The notes under the pieces: model-generated
What the model saw: the letters and a program-made list of their open reading frames with translations, nothing else
Told to the model about the DNA's origin: nothing
The model's database searches: none
Part shown: positions 1 through 22,490 of the stretch, in pieces
How the letters are laid out: the number at the start of each line of letters is the position of its first letter
Position numbering within the stretch: position 1 is the first letter of the stretch
Translations under genes and position numbers: made by a program
Assembly: GCA_000320545.1 (NCBI GenBank)
Contig: ADNK01001020.1
Coordinates: 1-33,531, forward strand
DNA length: 33,531 nucleotides
Direction of reading: 5' to 3'
Source of the DNA: Bigelowiella natans CCMP2755
Taxonomy: Eukaryota; Protista; Cercozoa

Positions 1-31
1 GATTTTGTGTTTGTACACACACACACACACA

Positions 32-75
<44 letters not shown>

Positions 76-276
76 ACAGTAGATAAATAACTCAAGAATG
101 AAATAATATACACTATCTATATTTTTATGATCACTACATACAAGGAAATTCAACATTACAGTGAGGCAATCGTTATTATTGTATTTCTTTTGTTATATTT
201 TTATTTTTGTTATCATTATTATTATCATTATTATTATCATTATTATTATTGTTATTATTATTATCATACATATCAG

Positions 277-3572
<3,296 letters not shown>

Positions 3573-4146
3573 AGAATGTAACATGCAAACCATTCTCACA
3601 TGCGAGCCAGAGAATTTGAGTGCGAGTTAGAGAGAAGTTTTGAACGCGGCTAAACACCCAGGATGACTTTGTATTCTTTCCTGCTCTGAAGCGCAAGATT
3701 TTCGCGATGACATAAATGCTTCCTAGCGCAGTCCACAAGACAGCATGGACCATATTGGTATGGCATCTGTGGTTTGAACACATGCGCGCAATGCATCTTG
3801 ATCTCGTTGGCTTTAATTTTAAAAAAGTTGAAAGCTGTGCACATTTCTATATGTTCGCTTCATCGCCACAGCTACGTCACATGAAATATCAGCACAACTG
3901 TGCTTGTGTGGAAATGCACATGCAGCTTATAGATTGCTATTAGTATTGCTCATCCACGCATCCATTTGTCATATCTGCGCAGTAGTGCACGCATAAATGC
4001 ATTCTTAGTCAGCAGGAGTGTACAAAACATATTGGCACGGTCGTGTTTCAAGGATATGAATAAAATTTGTTCTGCAAGTATTGTTTTGCCTTGGAGTGGA
4101 GTAATGCTTATGAGACTAATTATGCCTGCTCATTCATTCTTTTCAT

Positions 4147-5095
4147 TTAATACCTTTTTGTCAAAATGGTTTTGATGCCTCGAGAAATTAAGTCGGGTAG
4201 GTAGACCCTGGGACCTGCAGTGTCCTTTACTCTGCGCCTCAACTCATCGATGTGACGTTGAGATACTTCCAGCTCCTTCTCTCTCTATTGTTTATCAGAG
4301 TAGATGATCAACTGAGTAAACAGCGAAGGTGATGGTCTCTCTTTAATGGAGAGAAAGTAAGAGAGAGAGATGAATTTTCACCAAGAATTGAAAATATATC
4401 TTTTCTTGGAGAAAGTCATATTACCTGTTTACACCTTGCATCTCGATCATTACTACTCTCACTGTGATTGTCATGCTTTAGGGTGCCTTCACTTGGAATG
4501 TTATTGGTCGCAAATTCCTCCATGCATTCCTTACTGCAGCAGCCACGATGTATACGCTTGCATCCATTGCACTAAAAATATTGTTGTTACGAGTATAGGT
4601 TTTGGTTGAAAATTAAATACGTCATAACTATTCTATCAAAGAATTATGAACACATGCAAGCAAAAGAGATAAAGGAATCAAAGCAATAAACCTGTATGAA
4701 TAGAATGCCACATACTGGACAGTTGGTTACCTGAAATATGGGGTGGCTATTCGAAAACTAGAAGGCATTTAGAAAAAAAATACTTACATGTATCAATTTG
4801 TATGATGAATTCATATATTTATGAAAACAAGTATAGAAATATTTAATATACATTTAGTTGAAATTATGTTACAGAATCAGACGGTGTCCTGTTACACTGG
4901 TGACATTTGGATATGATATCAGATTTGCTGCACCTTACACATTTCACATTTACATTAGGTTAGATGGTATGCTAATGGGATAATATACATGTATTCCAGG
5001 AAGGTCATATTCGAAAACCACATCAATTTGAAAAGCATTTTTATACTTTACACGTGGAAGAATGTGAATATTGCATGTGAATTAACGACAAACAC

Positions 5096-5145
<50 letters not shown>

Positions 5146-5441
5146 CGTACCTGTCTGTATGACTCTGAAGCATTACTCGTTTGTCAAAGGAAAATATCTG
5201 CAAAATTACAGAATTAGAAAAGTCTTAATTTATCAATTTTGACTTATTTTGAAATCGGACATTATCATACTCATATTAATTAAAATGATTTTCTAGGAAA
5301 GAAATTTAAAACAAAATTTGGATACAATGAAGTGATGACCACGAAATATCTATATTAGAGAAAAATAAACCTTTCCTTCAAACAAATTGTTGCCATCATG
5401 GTCAGTCTCTGGAGTATCAGCTATATTGGTGGGAAAGATGT

Positions 5442-5476
<35 letters not shown>

Positions 5477-5485
5477 AATAAATAA

Positions 5486-5516
<31 letters not shown>

Positions 5517-5780
5517 CATATAAATGTATGAATGTGAAATTGATTACACACTTTTACGTTCCTCTATCTTATATATTCATAGAAATTACAATATCTTAGA
5601 TAATAATTAATGTTACTAGAGTTTGCTGTAGCACTTTCTATGTTACAACTTTCTCTTTGTTGTTGATTCCTTTGTTGAAGAGTTTTAGAATATTTAAGAT
5701 AACCATAAAGACCGCCTTGCAGTTGATTCACGTTTGTAAATCCCTGATTTCATGGCAAGGTATATTTTGAGTGTAATAAT

Positions 5781-5819
<39 letters not shown>

Positions 5820-5857
5820 TACTCATAATTATATTAACTAACCCTTACATATGTGTG

Positions 5858-5899
<42 letters not shown>

Positions 5900-6831
5900 C
5901 ATACATATATGCACTTACTTGCTTGCTATGTAATATATGCTAAAATAGTTTTGATTCTCTCATATATTTTTACTCATAAGACCCCGTTAATATCGGACAT
6001 ATTGCATATTCATAGGTATACTGGTTCGTTTTGAAACAAAGTAACTTTTGTATTTCGTACTTCAACGTGTAGAATTTTAGCCAATTTCTCGCAGCGTACT
6101 CCTCCAGTGCAGTAAATATACACTGGATAAGATGGAGACTGAACGAGACAGAGAGATCGGTTGATCGATTTTTTATTGAGTATTAATTAGTGTGTAAGCT
6201 AGATAATGGCCATGTAGGGTTTCATGGTGACGACAAGGGGAAAATTTAAAAAAAGGATAAGACTAATCTTCCAAGCACGAGATGAAACTAAGAATTTTTT
6301 TGAGCCAATTGAAAAGGGATATGGAGAATATCCATGAATTTTTATATCCGTGCGTACTTGTTTGTATGTCTGTCTGCGCGTGTTTGTGTGTTTGTCCGCT
6401 AATAATTTTCAGATGAAACTTATGGATAACTTCACTATATTAGGCGTGTAGGAGCACTTACGATTTGAGAGAGAGTGTCCGGAAGCGCTTTAACCGCCTC
6501 ACGATGATAGTTTATTGGAAGAGGTATTGCACCTACACACGTTTCGAATTTGTTTACATGCTCCTCCTTTAGTTTTGCGGTGGTATTTGTTTTGTCGATG
6601 ATGAGTTTTTCGAACTACTACTTACTACCACGAAATCTTCCAATTTCCGTCTCATACAAATTTCGACAATCAATGATGACTACTTACCACGAAATCTTCC
6701 AATTTCCGTCTCATACAAATTTCGACAATCAATGATTACTCCGTCCTGTCAAAATTTAAGGTTCATAAGCATCGCTATTGCACAAACATGGATATTGTAA
6801 AGATTGTGTTATGTGGCAAAGTTTATTTGTT

Positions 6832-6869
<38 letters not shown>

Positions 6870-7976
6870 CTGTGTACGTGTGTATCTTTTCAAATCTTCT
6901 TCGTTTATTTTATTTGTATCTTAAAGCGATGTTGGTACTAATCGACGAGTATGGAGAAATCGGTCGTCCTCACAACACACATATCACATTCAATATATCT
7001 ATGCAATTAGTCTAGTTATGTGTCGTAGTCCTCATCATCACAAAATCATGATCATCATCGTTATCATTAATATCTTAGTAATGAAATAAGGATATGAATC
7101 TAAATATACTAAATATCTACTTCAATCTTTTTGGTAATTCTGTGCAGAGTCTCGTGCCACACCTTTATTTTTATATTGCCAGAATAATAAATAAACAAAT
7201 GATGTGAAATCGATAATGATGTTGCTGCTGCGGTAAGTCGGTATGTTGTTGCTGTAGATCACAATTATCATATGATCAATTCTACGAAAGGCAATAAACA
7301 AAGCCGATATTGTGCAAGCACTGAGTAAGAAAGTTATGATGAAGGGGGCAAATCTCTAGCAGGAGTATAGAAGCGAAATAGGGTAGTAGCTATCGATTCA
7401 GCTCGAAATCGTCCCTCTTTATTTCTACCCGAACCTTATGATATCGGTACTAGTATCTACTTTTACAATAATAGTACGTCTGGTGGAAGATGCTTGATAT
7501 CGCTACTAGTATCTACTTTTACAATAATAGTACGTCTGGTGGAAGATGCTTGATATCGCTACTAGTATCTACTTTTACAATAATAGTACGTCTGGTGGAA
7601 GATGCTTGACTCCCGTTATATGGTCTTCCAGAAACTATTCATATATGCACAGATGTAGACCAAGGATTGACAAATAAATATCACACCCTATTTCTTGATA
7701 TAAATAACAACTAAATCATCACTCACTCTCATTATTATCCAAATCATTTATCGATCATGCATTTTCTCTTTGAAACAAAAATTACCTTGAGCAAATTATC
7801 TAGCATGTGTTAAGTATGAATATTACGTTCTTTAGGAGAACTTACTATGTTCTTCACGAGAACTTAATTATGTACAAAATTATGTTATCATGCCTAGTTC
7901 ATTTAGAAATTATACACCTTGTCATCTTCTGGGCTAAGCCCATCCTGAACCACCTGATAAAATTACAATAGTCTAC

Positions 7977-8009
<33 letters not shown>

Positions 8010-10355
8010 AATGATGAATGAATATTTGGCTCAAGATCCAGCAGGGCCCGGAAAGAAGAAATATTTAATCATAAACCAGAACTATGTATTAGGTAGTTGT
8101 AGTAGTAGTAGTCGTAGTAGTGAATTCGATGCATTGATTATGGTCATAACGATGAAAATGATGACATCGAGGAAGGAGAATGTTAACGATGATGATGAGA
8201 CCGAGAAAATGATTACTTTTAAGAACAAGAATGAGGTACATCATCATAAATTGGAACAAGATAGGAGAAGTCATGTTGGAAATGGTTTGATGAGTCAATT
8301 CTACGATGAACTATCACTATAATGTACCTTTGGTCTGATTCTCACATGTAAGCGGTTGAAGAAACTATCTTGCCGGTCATAATTTGCTGTTTATAAAACG
8401 TGCAACGATGACTTCATTTTATCGGTTTATTGATTTAAAAATAGATTGCAGTCTGACATATGAAGGAAATATTTTGAAACTATACTTTATTTTACATCCT
8501 CGTCATTTCCGTAATTTATAGGCGAGATGATCGACTAGAGATGTTGATCTTTTTATACACGGTTGTACAAACAACAACAATATGCTACTACCATTTACAG
8601 AAAACAAAGCCTATTTTATATATAATCCCTATTGCTTTTTACCATCATTGTTACAGCTATCTTTGCCATCTAATAGTAAAACAAAGCAACATTATTCTTG
8701 AATAGAGGATACTTGCTGCTGGATTTGTGTTATGTAGCGATGAACACACACAAACCACAAGAATCGCTTCTGCTTCTTATAATAATAGGTTATGTTTTTT
8801 TCACCTTCAACTAGTGTTTCTGCTTTCCTCAAAAATTTGTCGCGCTATTTTGGCATATTTTGTAAGTGATTATCATCATCAGTAGCAAGCTAGCATCGAG
8901 TAGACCAACAACGATCAATATCAATATTCGCAATAGTTTCTATCCATTCAAGAAAAATCAGTGAAAAAACTATAGCAGTGCAGTCGCAGTGTGGGTATTA
9001 GTCTTATGCTATATATATTATCTGTAAGTACCCAAGGGAAAGGAAGGGCATTAGCCGCCGTATTCACAAATTCGCTGGTCTTCTCGACTGGTACAGCAAA
9101 ACTGGCATTCCAGCCCTCCCTTCATGATCAATATTATTAGCGATATCACCATTATCGTCATCATCACTGTCATCGTTGTCATCGTCTCATTTCAACTCAA
9201 AAGTAGACGAATGGATAGGATAAATACACAGTGTGATCGATCCCATTCCGTACTTAAAAACAGAAATAAATACCACGTGTGAAAGAAGCAGTGGATACAC
9301 GTACGTACTACAACTCACCAAATCGAGAAATTTAATGGTCGCCTTAATTAAGTCCTACCTTGCAAGGTAGATGCGTCCAACGACACCACACTCGCTCTCC
9401 CTACTCACATGGAAAAATGAATTTATAGACAAAAATGTGCTGTAAAAAGTAGAAGGAGATAGTAGTAATAATGATGCTAACAGGCGGCACGACTTTCATG
9501 GCAACTGGCTGCTGCGACAGCATGCTTAGAATAAAATTTCTTTTTAATTTATCATCCAAACAAAAATATAATTGAGTGCACGTAAAAAGAGATACTTTCT
9601 ATTATGAATGATGAAAATAGAGCGGTGTAAGTGATTTCTTATCATTATTATTGTTGTTATTCTACAGAAACAGAAAATGTGACAGACTGTATTCACATAC
9701 ATCAACACTCTAACCATTTCTTCAGAATCAATTTTCGCGTTTTCACTAGATCTTCATCCTTGGGAGTAGTAACAGAAAAATAAGTGTGAAATTTGACAAA
9801 TTGCTTAATTGTGCGCAAGCAGTGTATGTGCGTAAAATCTGGATCACTTCCACTAACCTCACTGATGCGTCTGTACTCGTAATGAGAACAAAATTGATAC
9901 CTGAAATGTCAAATAATACGCACCCAAATATGAGACAAGAAAGAGCTTGAATAAAATAGCAATGGAAGGCAACTTGGCAAATGACTAATTTTATTGGTTT
10001 TAAAGCTGATTTTGGATTTATTGATTTTTAATGCAAAGTCTATGATGCACACATTCGATTGCAATTATCTGTCACAGAAGGAGGCGCTTCGAGTGTAAAA
10101 ATGTTCCGTTTCCAACTCTGATACACTGAAGAAGGTGCTGGATATGTAGAGAATATGTTCCTTTGTGCAAACACATTGTCATAATGGGAGAAGTGCATAG
10201 AATCATCTATTGAGGTAGTACCTTTTTCTCCAAGTTGAAACGCAAGTTGTTCGAAAGTTCAGCATCAACATCATTTCAAATTGGTTCTGATGATATACCT
10301 AGCCAGTAACGTGAAAACTTGATCTCGTGCGGCAAGCTTCTTCGGCAGGTCAATA
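4147..10355 (-). CDS. trhO: TrhO/YceA (UPF0176) family rhodanese-domain protein, putative O2-dependent tRNA U34 hydroxylase; at least 15 exons; N-terminal exons probably extend to ~11.2 kb
   Basis: Minus-strand exons translate, in order, to: KFHTYF...KKW (~9706-9900), ESECGVVGRIYLAR (~9359-9410), EGWNASFAVP (~9032-9120), FFNRLHVRIRPK (~8328-8387), VVQDGLSPEDDK (~7918-7953), HITGVKHLPPD (~7590-7634), VWHETLHRI (~7120-7172), DGVIIDCRNLYETEIGRF (6688-6745), GAIPLPINYHRE (~6442-6532), YCTGGVRCEK (6085-6114), GFTNVNQLQGG (~5700-5743), NLFEGK, IFSFDKR, DIISKCHQC, VTNCPVCGILFIQ, CNGCKRIHRGCCSKEC, and a last exon ending in TAA at 4147-4149. These match the E. coli YceA motif order GRVYLAHEGINAQ / IVADG / IDMRNHYE-GHF / YCTGGIRCEK / GKNFVFD / CHQC..TNC..LLFIQC..GCCS. 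Confidence 0.9.
6626..6736. repeat. Direct duplication, 2 x 52 bp (period 59), of the 3' part of a trhO exon plus its splice donor
   Basis: taccacgaaatcttccaatttccgtctcatacaaatttcgacaatcaatgat occurs identically at 6626-6677 and 6685-6736. Confidence 0.95.
7439..7609. repeat. Tandem repeat, ~3 x 56 bp, spanning a trhO exon end and splice donor
   Basis: The unit tactagtatctacttttacaataatagtacgtctggtggaagatgcttgatatcgc starts at 7448, 7504 and 7560. There are no spacers. Confidence 0.95.
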
Positions 10356-11700
10356 CTACAGTTTCTTTTTCTTTTGTTCGAACGCTACGTACAGTGATTC
10401 TCGATTACTTCTATGCAAGTAGATTGATTACATCTATCTAAGAATTACTGATGCATGCACGATGACCACCATCCAAATGTACTTTTAATTTTTCTATGAC
10501 TATTTACTTTATTTGAAGCGGAGAGGTCAATCGGACCGTGCACTTTCCCTCCCCCCTCTCTCGGGGTTATGGCATGATTGGATTACAGGTTGGAGAAGAT
10601 GATGAGTATGATATCTCGTGACATGGTGACAAAAGCATGCTATTTGTTCCCTGCGACATCATATATTTATCAATCATTCAATGAATTACATACAATAAAA
10701 AAACATTTTTAAAGTACCAAGCAGCAGCGGTACCATTACGAAATATACGACGACAACAGAGCCATCTGCACCATATTTATCAGTAGCGACATCAAAGTCC
10801 GAATGTCGTAACGAAATAATCGTATTGTTGGTATTTATGATTTTTTATATTGGTACTCTTAAATTTTTGAACGAACACCACACCTGCTGAATCTACTGCC
10901 GGTTGGTCAACCTCACTATTCTTGGAGGCAGGGGGGAGACATAATCTCCAATTATAACCTGCTGTATCCACACTTCTGGATCAAAAAGATGTCTGGAAGA
11001 AGATAAGGAAGGTGAACATCAGGACATAGCATGTGAAATTGGTCTTCATGTGTTGTACATGTATACGACGCAGAGAAAGGAGGAGAGTCTTATTATGTGC
11101 ACCGCTAGAGGTATTATTATAGCTGGACAAATAGAAACATAGACGGGAAACAATTTCGTTGTTTGAAAACAAAGTGAGGATCTCATTATGCCCTTCATTG
11201 AAACATCAGGGTGGCATCCTCGACGCCAACGCTCGCCCGGGGTTATGCATGATGACTACCTTCACCCTGCGAATATAGAGTCTAATTTTCATCAAAAAAT
11301 TAAAAGCAGCGCAGCGAAAGAGAAGAACTGTAACACTTTCAAAGATTCTTTGGACGAAAACTCTTTAGATAAATGCAACGTCGTATGTAATGTGTTGAAA
11401 ACATGCAAATGTAGCATACATGGGAGGTACATGCAGCATGCATGTAGGGATATTTGTTATTGGAGTGTTATGTGGATTAATCTAGTTAGACAATCTACTG
11501 TAGGCAGATGGTTATTTCTATTATTAGTACAGATAGAGACATAGAACACAGTTAGACGTAGATAGATGAAAGGACAAATAGACACATGAGATGATAGATA
11601 AGAGGATAGATAGACACATGAGATGATAGACCTACGGTGACTATTAAAAGAAGATATGTGATACTCATGCTAGAAAGTTAAACGATAATAAAAGGTCTAT

Positions 11701-12860
11701 CAAGTGACACCATGATGATGGAGACTCCATTGATCCCAAGTAGATGTTGCAATTCAAATTGAACGGGTGAAGAGGTCTGAGTGTTCAGACATTCCTTTTG
11801 TGGTTGTTTGATCACTTGGCAGGGTTGTGTGTGTGCTTTTCGTTAGCAGAGTGAAATGCAGACAGAAGACAGACTTAGCTAGGTGGCTAGGACCAATCAT
11901 TTCATTGGTTGTGTTGGTAGGAACAAACCGCAGAATCACACTCCCTCTCGTAGCACTTTTGCTGATGGCATTTGTTGACACAATGCTCGATGCTTCTGAT
12001 CATGCTCGTAGTGCAAGGGGAGTGAATCGCAAAAAAATTTTGAACACTTGGGATGTTCCTTCTAGTTTTTTGAACAATAAAACAACACCAGAAGCTGTTC
12101 CTGCCGTGCCCACGATGTCAGCTCTGTGCATCACGGGGAAAAGTGACACCCAAAAAGCTGATGGTTGCAAAAATTTGCTCTCGATGCAGTCATCAAGTCG
12201 CACCTTGAAAGGAGAGGTGATGAATCGTCAAAAAAATTGGACCAGGCTAGCAGGATGGAGTGTGGGAGTGAGGGCCGCAGTCAATGTGCGCACGGTGCGA
12301 CGCCTTGCTTGCCATTGCTAGATTGGCCTCATGTTCCGCCTGACGAATGCAATTTTTGTCACCACGTGCGTCACTGTTCACATGCATGTCTGGATCGATG
12401 TGACGACCACCATTTTGGATTTGGCATTGCAATTTTTGTGCTCTAGTGCTGCCATTTCATGGCACCACCAGACCACTTGGCGATGAGCGTGGCGCACGAT
12501 CATGCACAATTGGATAAACCAGTGATCTGTACGTCCACAACAAAGCAGAGACAAACAGACACAACTTGAGCGCTGTGGCCGCTGCTATGTGCAGCTGCGC
12601 ATTGGCCAATTGAAATGACCATTGAACACACTTCATTTCATCCGTCTCACACTGCTAGACTGCATGCTTTCTAGCAAGGGCAGTTTGTGAATTGGGGGGC
12701 GCCCTCCTTCGATCTCATGTGGCCCCGCGCACTAGCTATCAACGCTGTTTGCACATGCAAACACATTTGCATGTTCTTGCTCACACACATGCATGCTTTC
12801 GTCCAAAGGTTTCATGCTGTGAACTCGCTTTGCAATGACAATCGAGAAACAAAAGGCATG
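11701..12860. other. TpA-depleted intergenic island 1 (probable hypermutated repeat or pseudogene relic)
   Basis: Manual count: 20 TA in 1160 bp, of which 9 are in CTAG, 8 in NTAG/CTAN half-sites and 3 other. CATG, TGCA and CACA are abundant. The overlapping 164-aa ORF 11827-12321 has no Tyr. Confidence 0.85.
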
Positions 12861-12991
12861 CATGTTAGCCTTTCCTGTGCACAATGTAATTCCTATGGCA
12901 AGACCTATCGCATCCGTGACGCGTATCTCTGCACTTATTTTTCCATACTCATTTGTCGGTAGCAACTTTTTACAAGAATAACACACATGTA

Positions 12992-13035
<44 letters not shown>

Positions 13036-13067
13036 ATTAAAATATGTGGAATAACTTCGCTTTCTTG

Positions 13068-20120
<7,053 letters not shown>

Positions 20121-20838
20121 TATGTACGATGTTCCGTTAGCAGTGTAGCTTTGATATGACAAACAAAACATTAGTACTTTTGTGTGTGGGACTACCCTCC
20201 TACTACCTCGAATGAAAAATCGATTTATATACAAGTTCAACGGATGGTAAAAGAGTAGTCTCTTATGTTCCCTTCGAATGTGCGTACCAATAATGATGTC
20301 TTCAATTTTTACAATAGATGTTACCATAATTCACCCACCTTATGGTCCTTCCTCACAGCAGCCCTCCTTGTAGTTGTGGACTATGGGAAGGAGAACCTGG
20401 CACGTGTGCTCCAGCAATCCAGTGAGACTCAGTGTCTAAACCACAAAATGGAAACTATTGCTAATTTTGTATTAAAACAACTTCATCATATTGTCGCATG
20501 ATAAGTATTACATCTATTTTTATGTATGTCCATCAATGTTTCAATCCAAAACCTGCTGCAGGTTTTTTACAATAATTTGTTCATGTTCGAAAATGCCTCC
20601 CTTTTGCTTTAAACGGAATCATCTCTCTTTGTCATCAGAATAATCTCCGGACAACAGGATTTAGCTCAGGTTTAGATTTTTGTTCCAGATTACATTGGAA
20701 TCTGATTGGGTATCTTAAATTCTCATTAAAACATTATCATAGCGTTGTTGTAATGTACTTTAGGATTAAGAATCACACTTTTCTGACCACGAAACAAACA
20801 TCAATTATCTCAATTTTTTCTTTTTTCAGAAAAGCCTA

Positions 20839-22200
20839 AGTTCACAACGCCATGCATTCACATCATGAGACATCCCTTTTTTTCAGATCCGAAGGTTTGT
20901 GCATCCGGTGCGTGAAGTTTCTCTCATGGTGTCACCCATTGTCGGGACTTTTCCTCGGAGATGAAGTGACCGTCTCTGCAGGACATGAATGATTGAGCAT
21001 CTCTGATGTTCCTTTCGATTCAGGCATTGAAATTCTTCGTTCAATCATTCATCATGTGCCAAATTCTCTCATTCAGTGTCTTCTGTGCATCGTGTTGAAC
21101 GTCAAATTGTCATCAAAGCAATTGCATCAATGTTTCGTTTGAAGAACAGGTCAAAAATGTCTTGCAACGTTTTGGAAATGTGCATGGTCCATCACCAGGT
21201 TTCTTTCATTTTTCAAAAAAAAGGACGTGGACATGTCTCCCATTTTTGTTTGTTCCGATGTGATTTGGTTCAATCCCACCTTTGTTCGTTCATTCGCCTC
21301 GATTTGGGGATGAAAGGCTTGCCAGCTTGCACGTCGGGCTCGCTGGCTAGCTGGGTTGGCATTGTCGGACACTCAGGAGGCACCTCGACACCTCTGTTCC
21401 AAATTTGTGTCCTGAGAGAGGACACCTCTAGACCTCTCACTGGCCAGCTGGCTCGCATGCCAGCATGTGGCACACAGGTCTGTTGTCAGGCCCCACTGGC
21501 CCATGCAAGGAGTCACCTTGGGCACGTTTCAGCTGGATCGTTGCCCAGCTCAGCTAGCTACACAGCTAGTCAGACCTGATGAGTCCCCATTGAGCGTCAA
21601 TCATTTGGGGTTGAAGCACAGCCATGTCCAGGTGTGCCATGGTGCGTGCGGTGCGTGAGTGGTCGACACGGTGTGTGCTGGTGTCGCATCCAACACGCCC
21701 GCCAGCGTGGCTGCTTGGTGTTTCGTCAAACATCAAACATCGCTGTCCATCAAAACTCGTCGGGAGGTGTTGGCCTTGCAATGAAAGCGTTGAAGTCCAG
21801 GCCAGTGCTAGCAGTGGGCACTTCGTGTCCAGCTAGCCAGTTCTCAGAGGTCCACAAGCATTTGGTGTACACGCTGCTCCAGCTAGCTAGCACGCACATG
21901 CGGTGCGTGCGAATCGAAATCCTGACATGTCATGCTCACTGTTGCATGCTGCTGTCTGTTGCAGTCTCTTGAACGCGCTTTGATGCGCATGCTAGCATGC
22001 ATGCCACGTGCGCGATTGGTCACAGAGCATTCCAGTCAGTCAACAATGCCACTGCCCTAGCTGTTGGCAGTCGTCATGCGATTGCAACTAGACAGAGGTA
22101 GGAGGAGTGAAAATGCACAATTTTGGACTTCCCAAAAAGTTGAATGAATCATGGATCGACACAGGAAGTTTGTCCGCGTCATTGAATGTTCTCAGTGTCA
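20839..22200. other. TpA-depleted intergenic island 2 (probable hypermutated repeat or transposon relic)
   Basis: Manual count: 14 TA in ~1360 bp, 11 of them in CTAG. There is no TA at all in 20839-21347 (509 bp) although that stretch is AT-rich. CpG is plentiful (about 13 in 21601-21780). Confidence 0.9.
21700..21800 (+). mobile_element. Possible relic of a non-LTR retrotransposon (LINE) AP-endonuclease domain
   Basis: The frame reads GCLVFRQ...GGVGLAMKA. Reverting TG->TA gives GYLVFRQ...GGVGLAIKA, resembling the G-Y-x-x-F-R...GGV-x-L-x-I-K endonuclease motif. A homologous 23 nt occurs at 32012-32034. Short motif only. Confidence 0.35.
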
Positions 22201-22287
22201 CACTTTGTGCACACGTACAGTCAACACTTTACACCAACGCTTTGCTGGAAACAATCACACCATTGTCGTCCTGGTTGGGATTTGTCT

Positions 22288-22455
22288 TCATCCAGTACAC
22301 GAGATCTCAAAATAATGATGGAAGTTGTACATATGAAGCCAAATGTTCATTGCAATCTTTTCTCCCTGCCAATGCAAGAATGATGTCAACATCCAATTTT
22401 CAGGTCCAACATAGATTCAACATCATTCCGGACAAAGTTGACAAATATGCCTTAA

Positions 22456-22490
<35 letters not shown>

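Noticed and set aside
7439-7609. CRISPR-like array
   Set aside because: The units are head-to-tail with no unique spacers, the context is a eukaryotic exon/intron junction, and there are no cas genes.
11578-11630. 21-bp direct repeat atagacacatgagatgataga as a target-site duplication of island 1
   Set aside because: Both copies are on the same side of the island, within a GATA-rich simple-repeat tract, so this is local slippage.
20839-22200. Explaining the islands by CpG methylation decay or classical RIP
   Set aside because: CpG is still common and TpA is the missing dinucleotide. RIP would increase TpA, and 5mC decay would not remove it.
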